This document shows positions 11,501 through 23,517 of a stretch of 64,000 bases of DNA, in pieces (position 1 is the first letter of the stretch; each line of letters starts with the position of its first letter). This stretch comes from Bilabrum cf. latius (taxonomy: Eukaryota). The stretch covers positions 1,054,001-1,118,000 of the forward strand of contig OZ237744.1 of assembly GCA_965178125.1 (NCBI GenBank). Direction: 5' to 3'. The position numbers were made by a program, and so were the translations under genes. The notes beneath the pieces were generated by a model that worked only from the letters and a program-made list of their open reading frames with translations, searched no databases and was not told where the DNA came from.

Positions 11501-14500
11501 TTGAGCCAGTCTCATCGCAGTCACTGCCGTACCGCAGAAAATGGGCCACGTCGCTAAACTGACCCATGTCTGCGAGAACAGCGAGGCGTCGGCTTCGGCT
11601 GTCTGGTGGGTGGGCATCCCTCGAGCCAGCTCTGTGAGTAGCAACACCGCCGCTGTCCCCGTCGCTGTGCCATCCTCGTGAAGCTGACGAGTCCTACGCG
11701 CCGCCACCTCGTGTCCTCCACGCTGTGTAGTCGAGCCGCCGCGCAGGCCCATCCCCGTCGGACAGCGAGGAAGCGGGGCTGAGGGGTCCCTTGGGAGTGG
11801 AGCTCGCTGGGAGGCGCACGCGGTCGGGAGAGGGTCCATTGGAGGCCGTGCTGGCCATGTCCTCCCAGTCCCTGCGCCGCTGCAGCGAGGACATGGCTTC
11901 GTCCACAGCATCCCTGGGATCATCGTAGATACCGTGGTCCGACATGCCCATCAGCAAGCCGAGGTGCCGCTTCAGGGCTTTGCCTAGTTGGCCTTGGTCC
12001 ATACCCGCCTGCCTTGACTTGGTGCCCTTCACGATCAACTGAGTCTCGAGTCTGTGCCGAGCCGTGCGCCAGGCGGGGTCCCTACGGTTCAGTCCCGTGA
12101 TACGACGCTCAATCACGGCGTTGTGCTCGGCGGCGTCGGCGCTGCACACGCTCGCCACGGTAGTGTCAGACGCTTCCATCAGGGACGCGCTTGCGTCTGA
12201 CGGTATGTCTCCATTCTCCGCTACCTCTGAATTATCATCATTGATCGGCACGCCACTCGATGGCTCGTTGGCTGCACGTGTCCGCTCACCCCTTGGCTGG
12301 AACAGCTCCGGCCGGTGCTTCTTCAGCAGTGCTCTCACCCTGTGCCTGATGTCTCTCTCGCGCCCGAATGCAGACCGCAGATACCTCCCTGCCCTGGCAG
12401 GCAGGTCCTCCTGATCTCTCCGTGCCTGCCTGCCTGCCTGCTCTCGCAACTTGGATCGCTCCAGCGCATCCCACGCGTCCACGAGAGCCTTCATGGCGGC
12501 CTATGCAGTGGCCGATGGCGGCACGTTGGCACCCGCCCACAAAAGCTCCCGCACCGTCTCACTGAGCGTCTACCCCAATTGCTGTTGCTTGCTACTCCAG
12601 GTCCCGCGCCGCCCCGAGTCGCCCTTGTTCCCTCCCCGCAGCTGCCTCACGAGCCTCCTCACCCCTTGCCTGGCCCACCTGGGCAGCTGGGGGAGCGCCT
12701 GCAGGACGGCAGCCAGGGCCTCCCACTCGGGCGTGTCGAAGCGGACCCCTCGTGGAAGAAGCGATGCTGGGGAGGGATGTGCCTGTGCTGCTCCTTGCGG
12801 TCGTCCTGCCCTGGCTCGATGCGATGCCCACCTGCGTGCTGGCGCGTCATTTCGTGTCTAATTGTTTCGCTTCCATCTGGAACGCTTGACGGAGCCGCTG
12901 GCTCGGCTGCTTCTGCTGGAGCGGCTGCTGTACCTGTCCCAATCATCTCCATCGGTGTCACTGCTGCTGCTTGTTCCCTCGGTGCCGGTCGAGTCCGCCT
13001 CTGCCAGCAGCAGCCTGCGATGGCGTGAGTCACCACACTCCTACCCTGTCCTCTCATCCGGGTCATCTGCCCCGCTCCAGTCCTCTAGGCCGTGCGGATC
13101 CTGCTCGCGACCATCCAGCCCCAGCGGGTCATCGGGGCCGCTGCCGTGCTCGTGCTCATGATCGTCCTCCCACTCTCGCCACTTCAGCTGGCCGGGCTGC
13201 CCGCGCTGTGTCCGATTAGGCTTTGCCTTGAGATCGCCGGCTCGGTGGCGAGAGCTGTTGCCACTTTTGCCAGTGCTGCTCTTGTTTTCCCCTGGTTGCA
13301 TCCAGAGGAACCGGACTGACCTGGACTGGCATGCCCCCAGGTTGCTGACCCCACGCTGGGGTCCAACCAAGCAGGTCTGACCTGTGCCCGTGCCTGTGGC
13401 GCCGGAAGGCCGGCCATCGCCCTCTAGGAGTCGCTGGTGCTCGCCGGGCCCAGGGGTGCTCCTCTCGATGAGGAGACCCGTGTGACCGCCAGGTTGCGAC
13501 CTTGAAGACGGGACACCTGCTCCGCTGGAGCGAGCACCGATGCCAGTGCTTCCGGCAACAGCAGATAATTCCGGCCCAGATTTACATGCAAGGGGTAGGG
13601 ACGGCCTTGCGCTCGGATCAATCTCGCTCAAAGGCAGACCGAACTGCTCGGCCACGCGGGCGAGCACTTGCTCGGCTCTGGACGACACTGAGTGAGCACG
13701 CGGCTCGGCTGTCCCTACAGGTGCTCCTTTCTCCCCAGGCTTCAGCACAGCACTTGACGTTGAAGATTTGGCTTGCTATCGCCTGCCAGTGGATCTGTTC
13801 GAGCCTTTAACCTGGATCCCGGCGTATGATGCAGCCCGGCCCGGCAGTGGCTGCACGGGCTGCCTTGAGGGCCCGCCCCTCCTCAAGTCAGCGGAGGGGC
13901 CTCTCGTCCTGGGTTTAAAGGTCTGCCCATTTTCATTCTTTGATTGCGAGCCAGTTGTATTGGACGGAGCATTTGTCGCATGGGAAAGAGGGGGCTTCAC
14001 GCGTGCTCCGCTGGAGGCAGCTGCCTGGTCCCGCTTTGCCTGGAGGTCTGCAAATACTGCGGGGTCCAGCCTGGCCTGCAGGCGCTGGGTACGAGCGCTA
14101 TATATTGTGGACGCACCACTTGGTTGGTGCGGCTGCGAGCCTAATCTGCGGACGTGCCCGCTTGCTGCGTTGCTGGTGCTGCCTCGCTGTCGAAATCGTG
14201 GAGCTTGCGGAATCGATGCCCCCCGAGTTGATGGGCGCAAGCAAGCGTATGCACCGTCAGTATTCAATTGCTGCTTTGACTCTGCACGCTCTTTCTGCGC
14301 ATCGAAACGAGCGCTCTTCGGAATGCAACCGCCCCGTGCAGTTGCGACGGAGCTGGTAGGATGAGAGCTTTCTGCAGCCACCGATGTTGGGCCATCAACT
14401 AATCTTGACGATTCAACACTGAAGCGGTTCGATCTTGCAATGAAACCGCCCGGTAACCGGGGAGGGCTCCGACGATCACTTGGATGGTCGATTCGTTTTT

Positions 14501-14615
14501 TACTGTGTCGGCACGTCCTCTATCGTTTGGCGGGTATGGACGTTCTTGTCCACCCATTCAGTTGGCATACCAAGTCGTCTGCTCTAGAAAGGGCAACAGC
14601 TGCGGATTGGCTCAT
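8502..14615 (-). CDS. Large low-complexity hypothetical protein (~2040 aa if unspliced)
   Basis: ORFs 13776-14381, 13041-13748, 11694-12494, 9792-11345 and 8502-9737 share one frame and are interrupted only by about 9 TAGs. First ATG at 14615; ends TGA at 8502. No recognisable domain. Confidence 0.65.
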
Positions 14616-14761
14616 AATCACTCCTTACGTGACGGCTGCTAGCCGTTGCTTGCGCACCTGCTTCAGGTGCAGCCCACTGTGGCTGCCTCAACAACGCTCG
14701 TTGTACAAAGCCGTCGCGCACCCGAAGCCTCGAGGGTTCGTACAGTCGTTAAGCCCGAAAT

Positions 14762-15487
14762 ATGATAAATTTGTCTATGTTGCTTGCCCTAGCAATAGTT
14801 GGTACCGTTTTGGGACAAGATTTTTAGGATGAGACCTTTGCGGATGGCCAGGATGAGCCAGCTTTTGCCGATGAAGTTGGACAGAACGTGCGACCAATGG
14901 ACCGCGGATTCGAAACGGTCCAGAAGGGTGTTTTCAATGATGCAAGGACTTCAGAGTATTTGTTTGAGGCTGGCGGCATTAGAACGTTTGAGCTCCGAAC
15001 AAAGCAAGAGATCTAGAAATCCTGCAAGGCTGCTTATGCCAAGCTTTCTTACGATTTGTTGGACGTCGATGGGGATCATGATGGCATGTTGCGTCCATCA
15101 CAGCTGCTCAGCTTCGTGCACCGAGCAGTGAACCCGACCATGGATAGGTTGTTCGACGAGGAGGTGGCCCTGATTGAGGAGGCAACCGAAGCTCTCCGAA
15201 TGTAGGAAGGGCTGACGAAACCGTCCCTCGCTCTCTTTCCTGGATATTTGACTCGCGGTAAGCCTCTAAAGGCGATCATGCGGTTGATGGAGGACCTCAG
15301 AATCCTGCGGGAGGAGCTCTTGCTCGCCTCTGAGCAGGACGCCGAGCTGCGCCAAAGGCTGGAATCACCTTCCTCCGGGGTGGGGTACGCGAGGATACTG
15401 AGCGCGGAGGAGGAGCGCAGGATCGCAGAGGAGGCTGTCCTTGCCAGTGGAGGGAGCGTCGGGGGTGCAGGGGGAGGAGAGCTCTGA
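14762..15487 (+). CDS. Putative secretory/ER protein with signal peptide and EF-hand-like loop
   Basis: MINLSMLLALAIVGTVLG-QDF*DETF... is open for 241 aa with 3 TAGs. Contains DVDGDHDGML; ends ...GGEL TGA. Confidence 0.65.
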
Positions 15488-15711
15488 GAGAGAGCCTATA
15501 CTACTGTATTAGACTATCATGGTGTGCGGGTCTCGGCCCTGCCTCGGATTGGATCTTCGGGTTAGCTCTTGCCACGACATGTGCGTTTGTCTATTTTCAG
15601 TTTTGCGTTTCGCTGGGATAGGCTCCTAGAAGGCCGCCGTAAAATCGATCAATCCTGATAGATACCAACACGGTGGGACTGTGGGCCCGCAGCACTGCAG
15701 CTCGCCTCGCC

Positions 15712-17780
15712 TCACCTGCCCCCCCTTGCACTGGCAGTGGCCCTCTCCCTGACGCCGTCGTCCTCCTCCTCGTACTCGATCTCCACGCGGGGCCCCTTGC
15801 CCTTGCGGCGCTTCTTGCGACGGCGCCGCGCCGCTGCCAAGTCGCCGTCATCGTCACTGCCCACGCTGCCACGACGGCCGCCCCTGCCTGTCCCCCCCCT
15901 TTCTTCTCCGTCGTCAACCATCGCACTAGACCCGGCAAGCGCCCCAGCCTTACTGCTGCTGCTGCTGCTGCCCCCGTCCCCGTCTCTGCCCCGCTTCCTG
16001 CCGGCTTCGGGTCCCCTTCCAGAGCTGGCAGAGGCAGAGGCCCGCTCGCTCCTGCCTGCACCCGCGCCTGCACCCCTCCCTCCATCGGAGGAACTCCCGC
16101 TGCCTGCCCCGCCCTGTGCCGCCGTGGAGGCCGACGAGGAGGATGGCAGCGAGGGGGCGACCCCACCGGCCGCCCGGGCCGCTGCCAGGACCCTCTGGAA
16201 CTCGGCGTCTGCCTTGAGGTCCTCCATGTCACTATCATCGTCATCGTCCTCGTCGAAACCGGGGTCCTGCGGGAGGGGGTATCGAGAAAAGGGGCGGGGG
16301 CATGTGTGAGAGGTGCGAAGGGTGCATGCCACTTGCGGTGCCCATCCTCAATTTGCAACCGCACATGCAGGAATGCCTGTGCAATCATCAATCACGCAGC
16401 CAAAGCCTCGGAATGAGTAGGAGGTAGTTGCATCGTTCACGGCCTTGCGGGGCTCAGAATCGATCGTCAATACTTGCTTCGTCATCGGCGGGAAGGTCAG
16501 GTCTAGGCAAACAGAGCAAGCAAGCACACACGACAGACCCACGTCATGAGACACACACTCAACACAACACAGCACATGCAGCCGAATGCGACGGCGATCC
16601 AGCTCTCCAGGGCTCAGTATAGCGACGAGTTATCCACACTGGCCGGCAATTTTTGATTCATGTTATGCCGTCCGTTGGATTGAAGACTGTTTTGGTCAAT
16701 CCTCATCGCCCTGGAGATGTGCTTGGATCGATCTATGGCGCACCCGGTCGCACGCGCGAAAAGCCGCGCATATAGCATCACAACAGGCGCATGAGCAAGT
16801 ATATGTGCGGATCGTCTCACTTCGATGAATTCCCTCGTGCCGAAGCCTTCCTCGTCGTCGTCGTCGTCCTCATCCTCGTCAGACTCATCGTCATCCTCGC
16901 CTGCTCCCGCGGCAGCCAGCTCCGCCTCGCGCTCATCCTCCTCCTCTTCTTCTTCCTCCTCCTCTGCGTCCCGCTTGGCTTTCTTGGCTTTCGTCTTCCT
17001 GGCAACTTTCTCCGCCTTGTCAAGCGCGCTCTCGTACTCCTGCTGCGGGAAGTTGTAGATGTCGCCGTACACGCCCGTCTTGAGCCGCTCCAGGAGCTCC
17101 TTCTCGATGTTGCCTTCGATCGCAGCGGCGTCCAGTGCTTTCTGTTCTCGAGTCACTTCGCGGCGAAGCACCTTTTTAGGTGCCTGCGCCATCGTGCTCT
17201 TGGCCTTCTTTCGCAGCCGTCGCATGCGCAGAAGATACTGTGTCATTTTCGTGAGCCGCTGCTTGCATTTGTGCACCTGAAACTTTGGCCAGTACTGTAG
17301 CTACTCGTCGAGCATTGCAATTGCATCCGCATAATTCTTCGGTAATTTGACGCGCTCCCACAAGAACCGCGGAGTATGCGCCCTCTCCACTGTCTTCATA
17401 TATAGGTATAATTTGCCTGCACGGACAGAACAAAGGTCGAGGCTAGTCTACTGTTGCACGCAAATACGCTCTTGTAGCGACTGTGATGATTCTATGGCTT
17501 ACCCTTGTCCTCTCTGATGGTTGCGTACTGGCTGTTGGCCAGTGGACATGAGCTCCTATTGCACAGGCCCGTCAAACTATAAGGATTCCGGCACATAACC
17601 TAGTTTCCCTCCAATCTGCGAGAAGCAGCGCGATTGCTCAGCTCGAATCGAAGATACAGCAATACAGCGGTACGGCCAACAAGTCGGCTGGGTTTTGCTG
17701 CGGCACACCGCTTACTTTGTTTTGAAGGAGCAATGCCCGCTCCCGATCACAGTCCAGATAACTTCATCATTGATGGCCAT
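15712..17780 (-). CDS. MAK16: Ribosome biogenesis protein MAK16 (exons 17780-17716, 17615-17503, 17416-16821, 16266-15712)
   Basis: Motifs [74 protein letters not shown] and [11 protein letters not shown] at 17600-17602 and 17301-17303; ends TGA. Confidence 0.95.
16405..16489 (-). ncRNA. Box C/D snoRNA candidate 2 (double guide) in MAK16 intron 3
   Basis: gcCGATGA...TTGACGATCGATT-CTGA (D')...CCTCCTACTCATT-CCGA (D)-ggc. Guides are antisense to LSU rRNA segments AAUCGAUCGUCAA and AUGAGUAGGAGG. Confidence 0.75.
16604..16717 (-). ncRNA. Box C/D snoRNA candidate 1 in MAK16 intron 3
   Basis: 10-bp terminal inverted repeat (tctccagggc/gccctggaga) flanks a C-like box CGATGA and a D box CTGA. The guide CGTCGCTAT is antisense to LSU rRNA AUAGCGACG; internal CAATCCAACG is antisense to LSU CGUUGGAUUG. 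Confidence 0.75.
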
Positions 17781-17925
17781 GGTAAGGAATGCAAGTAAGC
17801 GCCCCCTCCGGACGAATTAGTTAGTGCGAGTTCCTTCAAGTGCAATCGTATAAAGTACACTGTATAAATTAAAAACCGCACTATCGGACTGCCGAAGTAG
17901 CCCGGCCGCACGAGTCTTAGTGAAC

Positions 17926-18596
17926 ATGGCAGGAGAAGGCTACGACGCAGAATTGCACAAACGAAGTATTACGTTGGCAGCTAAAGAGCGCGACGAGCTC
18001 TTGGACCGAGCAGTGGTGGCTCGAAGGGAGGCCGAGAGCAAGGGCATCCACTTTAGCATGCGCTCCTGGGCACTTGGTCTACCAGGAAGCACGAAGTATC
18101 CCATGAGACCCCCTTATCAAGTGAGAAGATGCATGTTGTCGAGACGGGCCTCGCCTGAGCGCTCCTTCATGCTAATACCGCCTTGCTCGTGCTGTCACGC
18201 TCCCATCCCGCGTTGCAGCCCATGGTGCAAGGTTTTCCAACCTACTTGCAAACTGTTGCTAACTTCAACATGAAGGAGCTTGCAACTATCGGATTCTGGT
18301 CAACAGCGGCCTACGGAACGGGGTATGCCCTCGGGTTTTCCGACAGATTCTTCATCGCAACGAGGCCGCATATGTTTGGCGTGATTGCGGCTGGCATGAT
18401 TGGAGCATCGGCTACGTACAGGTGCATGTGCTCGTCTAGGTCTAGGCTATTGGGTTTCTCCAGGAACGGCAGGCCGCGAAACCCGGGATTCGAGGACTGG
18501 GAGGACGACGCGGCCCCCACGACGGTGAAGTTCGATCGGGCTGGCGAGAGGACCATCCCTGTCCCGGCGATCATGAAGGACATTGGCAGAGAATGA
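17926..18596 (+). CDS. Mitochondrial complex I accessory subunit, NUXM/21-kDa family (intron 18121-18218)
   Basis: PYQ|PMVQGFPTYLQTVANF, two hydrophobic segments and SRSRLLGFSRN resemble the NUXM pattern (P..V.NF...S..RLxGF..N). Ends TGA. Confidence 0.7.
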
Positions 18597-18776
18597 CCGA
18601 TGCCCTCCTATTGAGAAGAATCAGGCGTGCCTAGGAGTACGCTCAGGCTTGAGTTTGCGATGGTAATGCTTGGCTTGGTATGGGCCCACTTGGCAGTATC
18701 GTTCAGTCCAGTCCAGTCCGAATCGACTCACGCTCGCCCCACGAAAGTCGCTATCCGCTCCCAAAGCACCAGTGCA

Positions 18777-19825
18777 TCACGTGAACAGCGTGGTATCCGC
18801 CGGGAAAGCCGTCGCCACGTTGGCCCGTCCCCCGAACTCGCCCACGCTCTGCAGGTACAGGTACCGGAGCATCTGCTCGTTGCTGAACCGCACCCGTCCC
18901 TGGATCGCCTCCAGCAGCGCAGTGGCCTCCTGCCCCAGCTGCAGCTCCCTGGCCCTGGCCCTGTCTCCCTCCAGCACCACCCTCGCTTCGTTCTGCCGAG
19001 TGGCGGTTGCAACCTGGATCAGCCGCTCCACCTCCTGGCGGATGAGTGTGATGTCCGCGTCCACGGCCACCACCTCAGCGCGGCGCTCCTCGGTCTTGCG
19101 CTGCTCCTGCCTTACGAGCGTGTCCACGATCACGTTGTTCACGGAGGAGGGCAGGTCCACGCTCCGGAGCTAAAACTCGTGGACCGTCGCGTTCACGTCG
19201 GCCAGCGCGGCCGTGGCGGCGGCCTTGAGCGCGGCTTCCACGGTGAAGCGGTCGTTGTAGAACTGGTTCGGACCGAAGGTAGACGCCACGCGCTGGATGG
19301 CGTTCTGCGCGATGCGCACGTACCGCTCGTGATACCGGAGCTCGTAGGCGTCGTAAATAAACGGCAGCTTGTCGAGGTCCAGGCTGCGGCGGAACGGGAC
19401 AGACGAGCGCCTGGATCGAACAAGGCTGAAATACAAGTCAACACGGTAGGAATCGGATCGCACTGCAGTTGTTCTCACGTATATTGCATGCTCATGTCAA
19501 GAACCGAATCGCCGATGTCGGTCTTGACGATCAAACCGGGGCCATCGGCCGTTGGATCCGAGGAAAACTCGATATTTTGGTGCCGTCTATCGAATCGAAT
19601 GAAATCTCTTGCAAGACCAAGAAAGTACCTGCCGCTCTCGTAGGCGCGGCTGCGGTCGATGGTTTTGCTGAAAGTGTCCTGCTTCAGCCCAATCTCGGTG
19701 GGACCAAGGATCCTGAAGGACGCACCCACAAGAATGGCTGAGACAACATACACAAGGCAGCAGCACCCAGCACCGAACGTGTAAACTTCATCCGGGGTGT
19801 CAGACCCACATTTTCCTCGACCCAT
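18777..19825 (-). CDS. SPFH/band 7 (prohibitin-like) membrane protein (intron 19478-19384)
   Basis: N-terminal TM segment, then SFRILGPTEIGLK, ESGRYFLGL, FYNDRFTVE, HEF*LRSVDLP (TAG 19170-19172) and a C-terminal coiled coil. Ends TGA. Confidence 0.8.
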
Positions 19826-20939
19826 CGCTCCAAATGCTCGTTTGTGGTGAGCCCCTCAGCAAGGCCTGCGAAGCGAGGCAAGTCGCTCAAGACATACTAA
19901 CATGGATTGCATGATTCACAGCGACGAACTGTGCGGCTCCCGGCGTTGGCTATGAAAACCTTGCCGTACGGAACTCAGAGTTGTGGTGGTGCACCCATGA
20001 AGACCGCAAGGTCTTCTCAACACAGGAACCGACCGACAAAAACGTAGGGCATAAGGACGGCTTACCGCGTGTAATGCAGCGGAAGTACCCTATAAACTCC
20101 TTCTACCAGGTGAGAGGACATCTCGCAGAAACTAGCAGGGCGCCGCGCCACGCCGGGAGCCTATGTTCCGCCGCCGCGGTGGTGTGTGGTGCAGCAACAC
20201 TGGTGCCTTGGCAAGGCCCAATTCCATTTCGATTGTGTGGATGGAATCATTCAATTAGCAGTAGTTTTCCAAAGCAATAAACAATCGGTAACCAAGAAGG
20301 GAGCGCTGCGAAATCCAAACCGTGCTGTTGGGAAGAGGCGCCCGGCGGGGGGCGCAACCCCCTTTAGGCAGCTCTGCGCTTGCTCGCCCAATTGGTGCTC
20401 GCCCACCAGAAAGCATCACACGAGCCCGCAATTGCTAGTGCAGCCCCCCACTCCTACTTTCGTTCGACACATGGTGCTGCGTGTGCCACCGGCTGCACAG
20501 AATCGAGGCTGCACTCGCTTTCTTGTTGCCATATGCTGCTTGTGCACCGTGCCACCACCGGCATCAGGAGGTAGACCGCTACAAGCAGTCAAACTGAGTC
20601 GGATGCTGCGTACGGGTACATGATGCCTGTAAGCGTGTCTCGCGGTTCGCCTCATCCGCACCTCCCGTCGCAGCCCACTGGCACCCTGGTTGCAAGGACT
20701 GCCAGTGGTGGTGGTCTCCGAGTCGCTCGGTCCATTCGATGGCATCCAGGCATGCCCTGGCCAATCATGGAGCGAGAGGAAAGGGAGGGACTCCTTCCAA
20801 GACTGTGCACGATATCGTACGACACCGACCCCTTTCTGTCTGGGAAAGATACCCGCCCACTTACTGCACAGGCACCGGCACTGGCATGCCGTCTGCGACG
20901 ACCAAGCAGCAAGCTTGGCCAAGCGACTGGCAATGCCGC

Positions 20940-21506
20940 TCAATGCTCCGAGGCTTCAGCAGCGTTCGTTCCGACGCTTTGACGAACATCAATAAATGCT
21001 TTCCCGGTATCGTATCGGCCATCCTGGAATTCGCCACTCCATACAGTGCCAGTGCCATCCTTGTAAGTGCCTTTGCCGTGCATCCGCCCTGCGCGCCACT
21101 CGCCCGCATAGACAGCACCATCAGGCCAACTGTACGTCCCAATACCTTCAAACTAGTTTCCTGCGAAAGAGCCCTCGAACTTCGCCCCACTTGCAAACAG
21201 CAAAGTGCCGGTCCCTTGCATTCGGTCGTCGACAAACTCGCCCTCAAACTCCTGCGCCACTGATATCTGCTTTCCTTTTCCATGGCGGACAGGAATGTCA
21301 TTTCTCAATACATAATCTCCACCTGGGCAGAACAAACAGTGGAAGGAGTTGCAGAGGAGTATAGGTGTGGCCGGGTCGCACGCAGCAAACGGTAAAAAGC
21401 ACTCAGCCATCTCACTGAATCGGGAGCCATCAGGGAAAACAAACTCCCCCCTGCAAGTCTTTTCAGCGATACGTGGGCTTAATTCGCTTCCTTCTGCGGC
21501 TGACAT
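20940..21506 (-). CDS. MORN-repeat protein (MORN2-like), intron 21415-21323
   Basis: Repeats FEGEFVDDRMQGTG, FEGSFAGN*FEGIG and YAGEWRAGRMHGKG. TAG 21153-21155 falls inside a repeat; ends TGA. Confidence 0.85.
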
Positions 21507-21693
21507 GGCCTCTGGTATGGATCAACCCGGCGCGAATGGAACCGTTGCCGCGTGCTTGCTTGGCGGCGTCGAGACAAAACCCGGAACAACCGTGACGCTG
21601 GCGGCAAAACCCCCTTCCGCTCAAATGCAAGCAGCAGGGGAGGCCCAGAGAACATGCACTAGAAACAATGCATCAGGCGATAGGACTATGCGC

Positions 21694-22698
21694 TCAACCG
21701 ATTTTCCGGGACGGCCCTGCAAACCGCGAGTCCGACTCCGCGCTGCCACTGCCCCCACCACCAGCCTACCGCCCGCTAGGTGCGGCACCCCCTCGCCCCT
21801 CTGGCCCAGTGCCCGCCCCACGCCCAGCGCGTCCTGCACCCCCGAGCGGCCCGCTTCCCAGGCTAGTATCCCCGCCAAAGCCCCCACTCCCTCCACTGCC
21901 ACCACCCCCCCTTCCCCTGCCAGCCTGCTGGGAGCCACGCCCCCCTGCCGCCGCCTGAGGTGGCCCGCCTGCCATGCCTTGCCCAGGGTTGCGACCTGCC
22001 TGTGTCTACCGCCCAGGCAGAGCGCCCCCCGCCCCTGCGCCTGGCGCGGGCTTGAAGAGACCAGTGACGATAGCGCCCGCGAGACCGGCCACTCCTCCTT
22101 CACCACTGGCACCTCCCTCTCCGCCACTGGTAGCCCTTCCTGGCGCGCCGCGGCCGCGATGCCGGGCTTGGTCATTTCTTTCGTTCTAGTTCTATGCATT
22201 TGCAGGTGTCTTGCTCTGCGAAGCCATCAGCACGTACGCCAACCCTCCAAGAAGAAGCGCCTTGGCACCCAGCCACATGCAGAGCGCGAGCAGCACGATG
22301 GCCCAGGTCCACTTCACTCGCATCTTAGGCAACCCAAGGCAACCAGGAACCGCAAAAAAGGAGTCTGCTAGTCCAGCAGACGCCTCGATCGGACGGCACG
22401 AAGCTGGGGTATCTATCGAACCAGCGGCATCGCCAGCTGGAACGGCAGGTCGACCGGCCCTTGGCCCAGGAGCCGGAGCTGGGCCAGCTCGCCCGCGCCT
22501 GCTCCGAGAAGTGGCACTATTGTTGGCAAAGTATGCAGTTGAGCTCCCCCCATGATCACCAGCACCACCATTGAATCGAGTATCCTTAGCGCTCTCGTCC
22601 GCCCCGTCATGTAGCGTCCGAAACCTTCGCTTGGGTGCCTAGCGCCCGCCACTACCACCTTCATCCTTTACTACAACTCCATTTACGATCCTCGGCAT
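21694..22698 (-). CDS. FAM241/DUF4605-like membrane protein with Gly-rich tail
   Basis: N-terminus MPRIVNGVVVKD and hydrophobic hairpin WAIVLLALCMWLGAKALLLGGLAYVL resemble FAM241. Five TAGs, 334 aa, ends TGA. Almost invisible in the ORF track. Confidence 0.65.
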
Positions 22699-22799
22699 GG
22701 ACAAGCCGTTTCTGAATGGAGGTTTAAGATTGAAAGTCGGGAAAACGAGAATGAGAGGCAATTTGCAACCGCCGGGCGGGCGCAGATGCACAACAAACT

Positions 22800-23517
22800 A
22801 TGGCCTTCTGGAATCGAAGGAGCCGATGCGAAGGCAAGCCGTCGTACTAGGATGAAGAAGTGCCTGCACTTGCATAGAGAAGGTTGGAAGAGGCGCGAAG
22901 CATGCAGTACATGCCCTTCGGGTGGTCCCGCATTGGTTCTGCTCCGATGGTCCCTGTAATTAGCACATCTCACTTGGATCAACCTAGGCTGCCTCCCCCA
23001 TCACTGACTATGGAAATGATTGGCGAATCATGTCCGTTCAAAGGGGTGATGAGCTTTGTGATAGGTGGTGCTCTCGGAGCTGGGATGGGTGTTGTGCTGA
23101 CTGCCATGGGAGGTATGGGGCCGGTGCATCAGCCTGGCTATGCTGACCCGTACGCAAATGCCCCTGTATCGAAGCTAGTGAGTATTTCTACTTTTGAGGC
23201 GTCGTAATTATGACATTGATTCGCAAAGGTTGCCGCCGTTGGTACCATCTCCTGCCGAGCAGGTCAAGGACAGCTTCAAAGAGGCATACTCGCGTGGACG
23301 AAGCATGGCTAAGAGTTTTGCGTACATTGGAGGCATGTATGCGACTGTCGAATGCGCAGTGGAAGGATACCGCGGCAAGCATGACATCAAGAACCACGTT
23401 CTGACCGGCTGCGTTACCGGTGCTGGCTTGGCGTACAACCAAGGGCCGCTTGCAATTGCTGGAGGCTGCTTAGGTTTCGCGGCGTTTGGAATTGTGATCG
23501 AGCAAGTCATGCACTGA
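22800..23517 (+). CDS. TIM22: Mitochondrial inner membrane translocase Tim22 (intron 23178 to ~23262)
   Basis: ESCPFKGVMSFVIGGALG, AKSFAYIGGMYATVECAVEGYRGKHD and GCLGFAAF. Start at 22800 assumes two N-terminal TAG=Gln. Ends TGA. Confidence 0.9.

Noticed and set aside
16345-16392. Third snoRNA at TGATGA in MAK16 intron 3
   Set aside because: No CTGA box, terminal stem or recognisable rRNA guide downstream.
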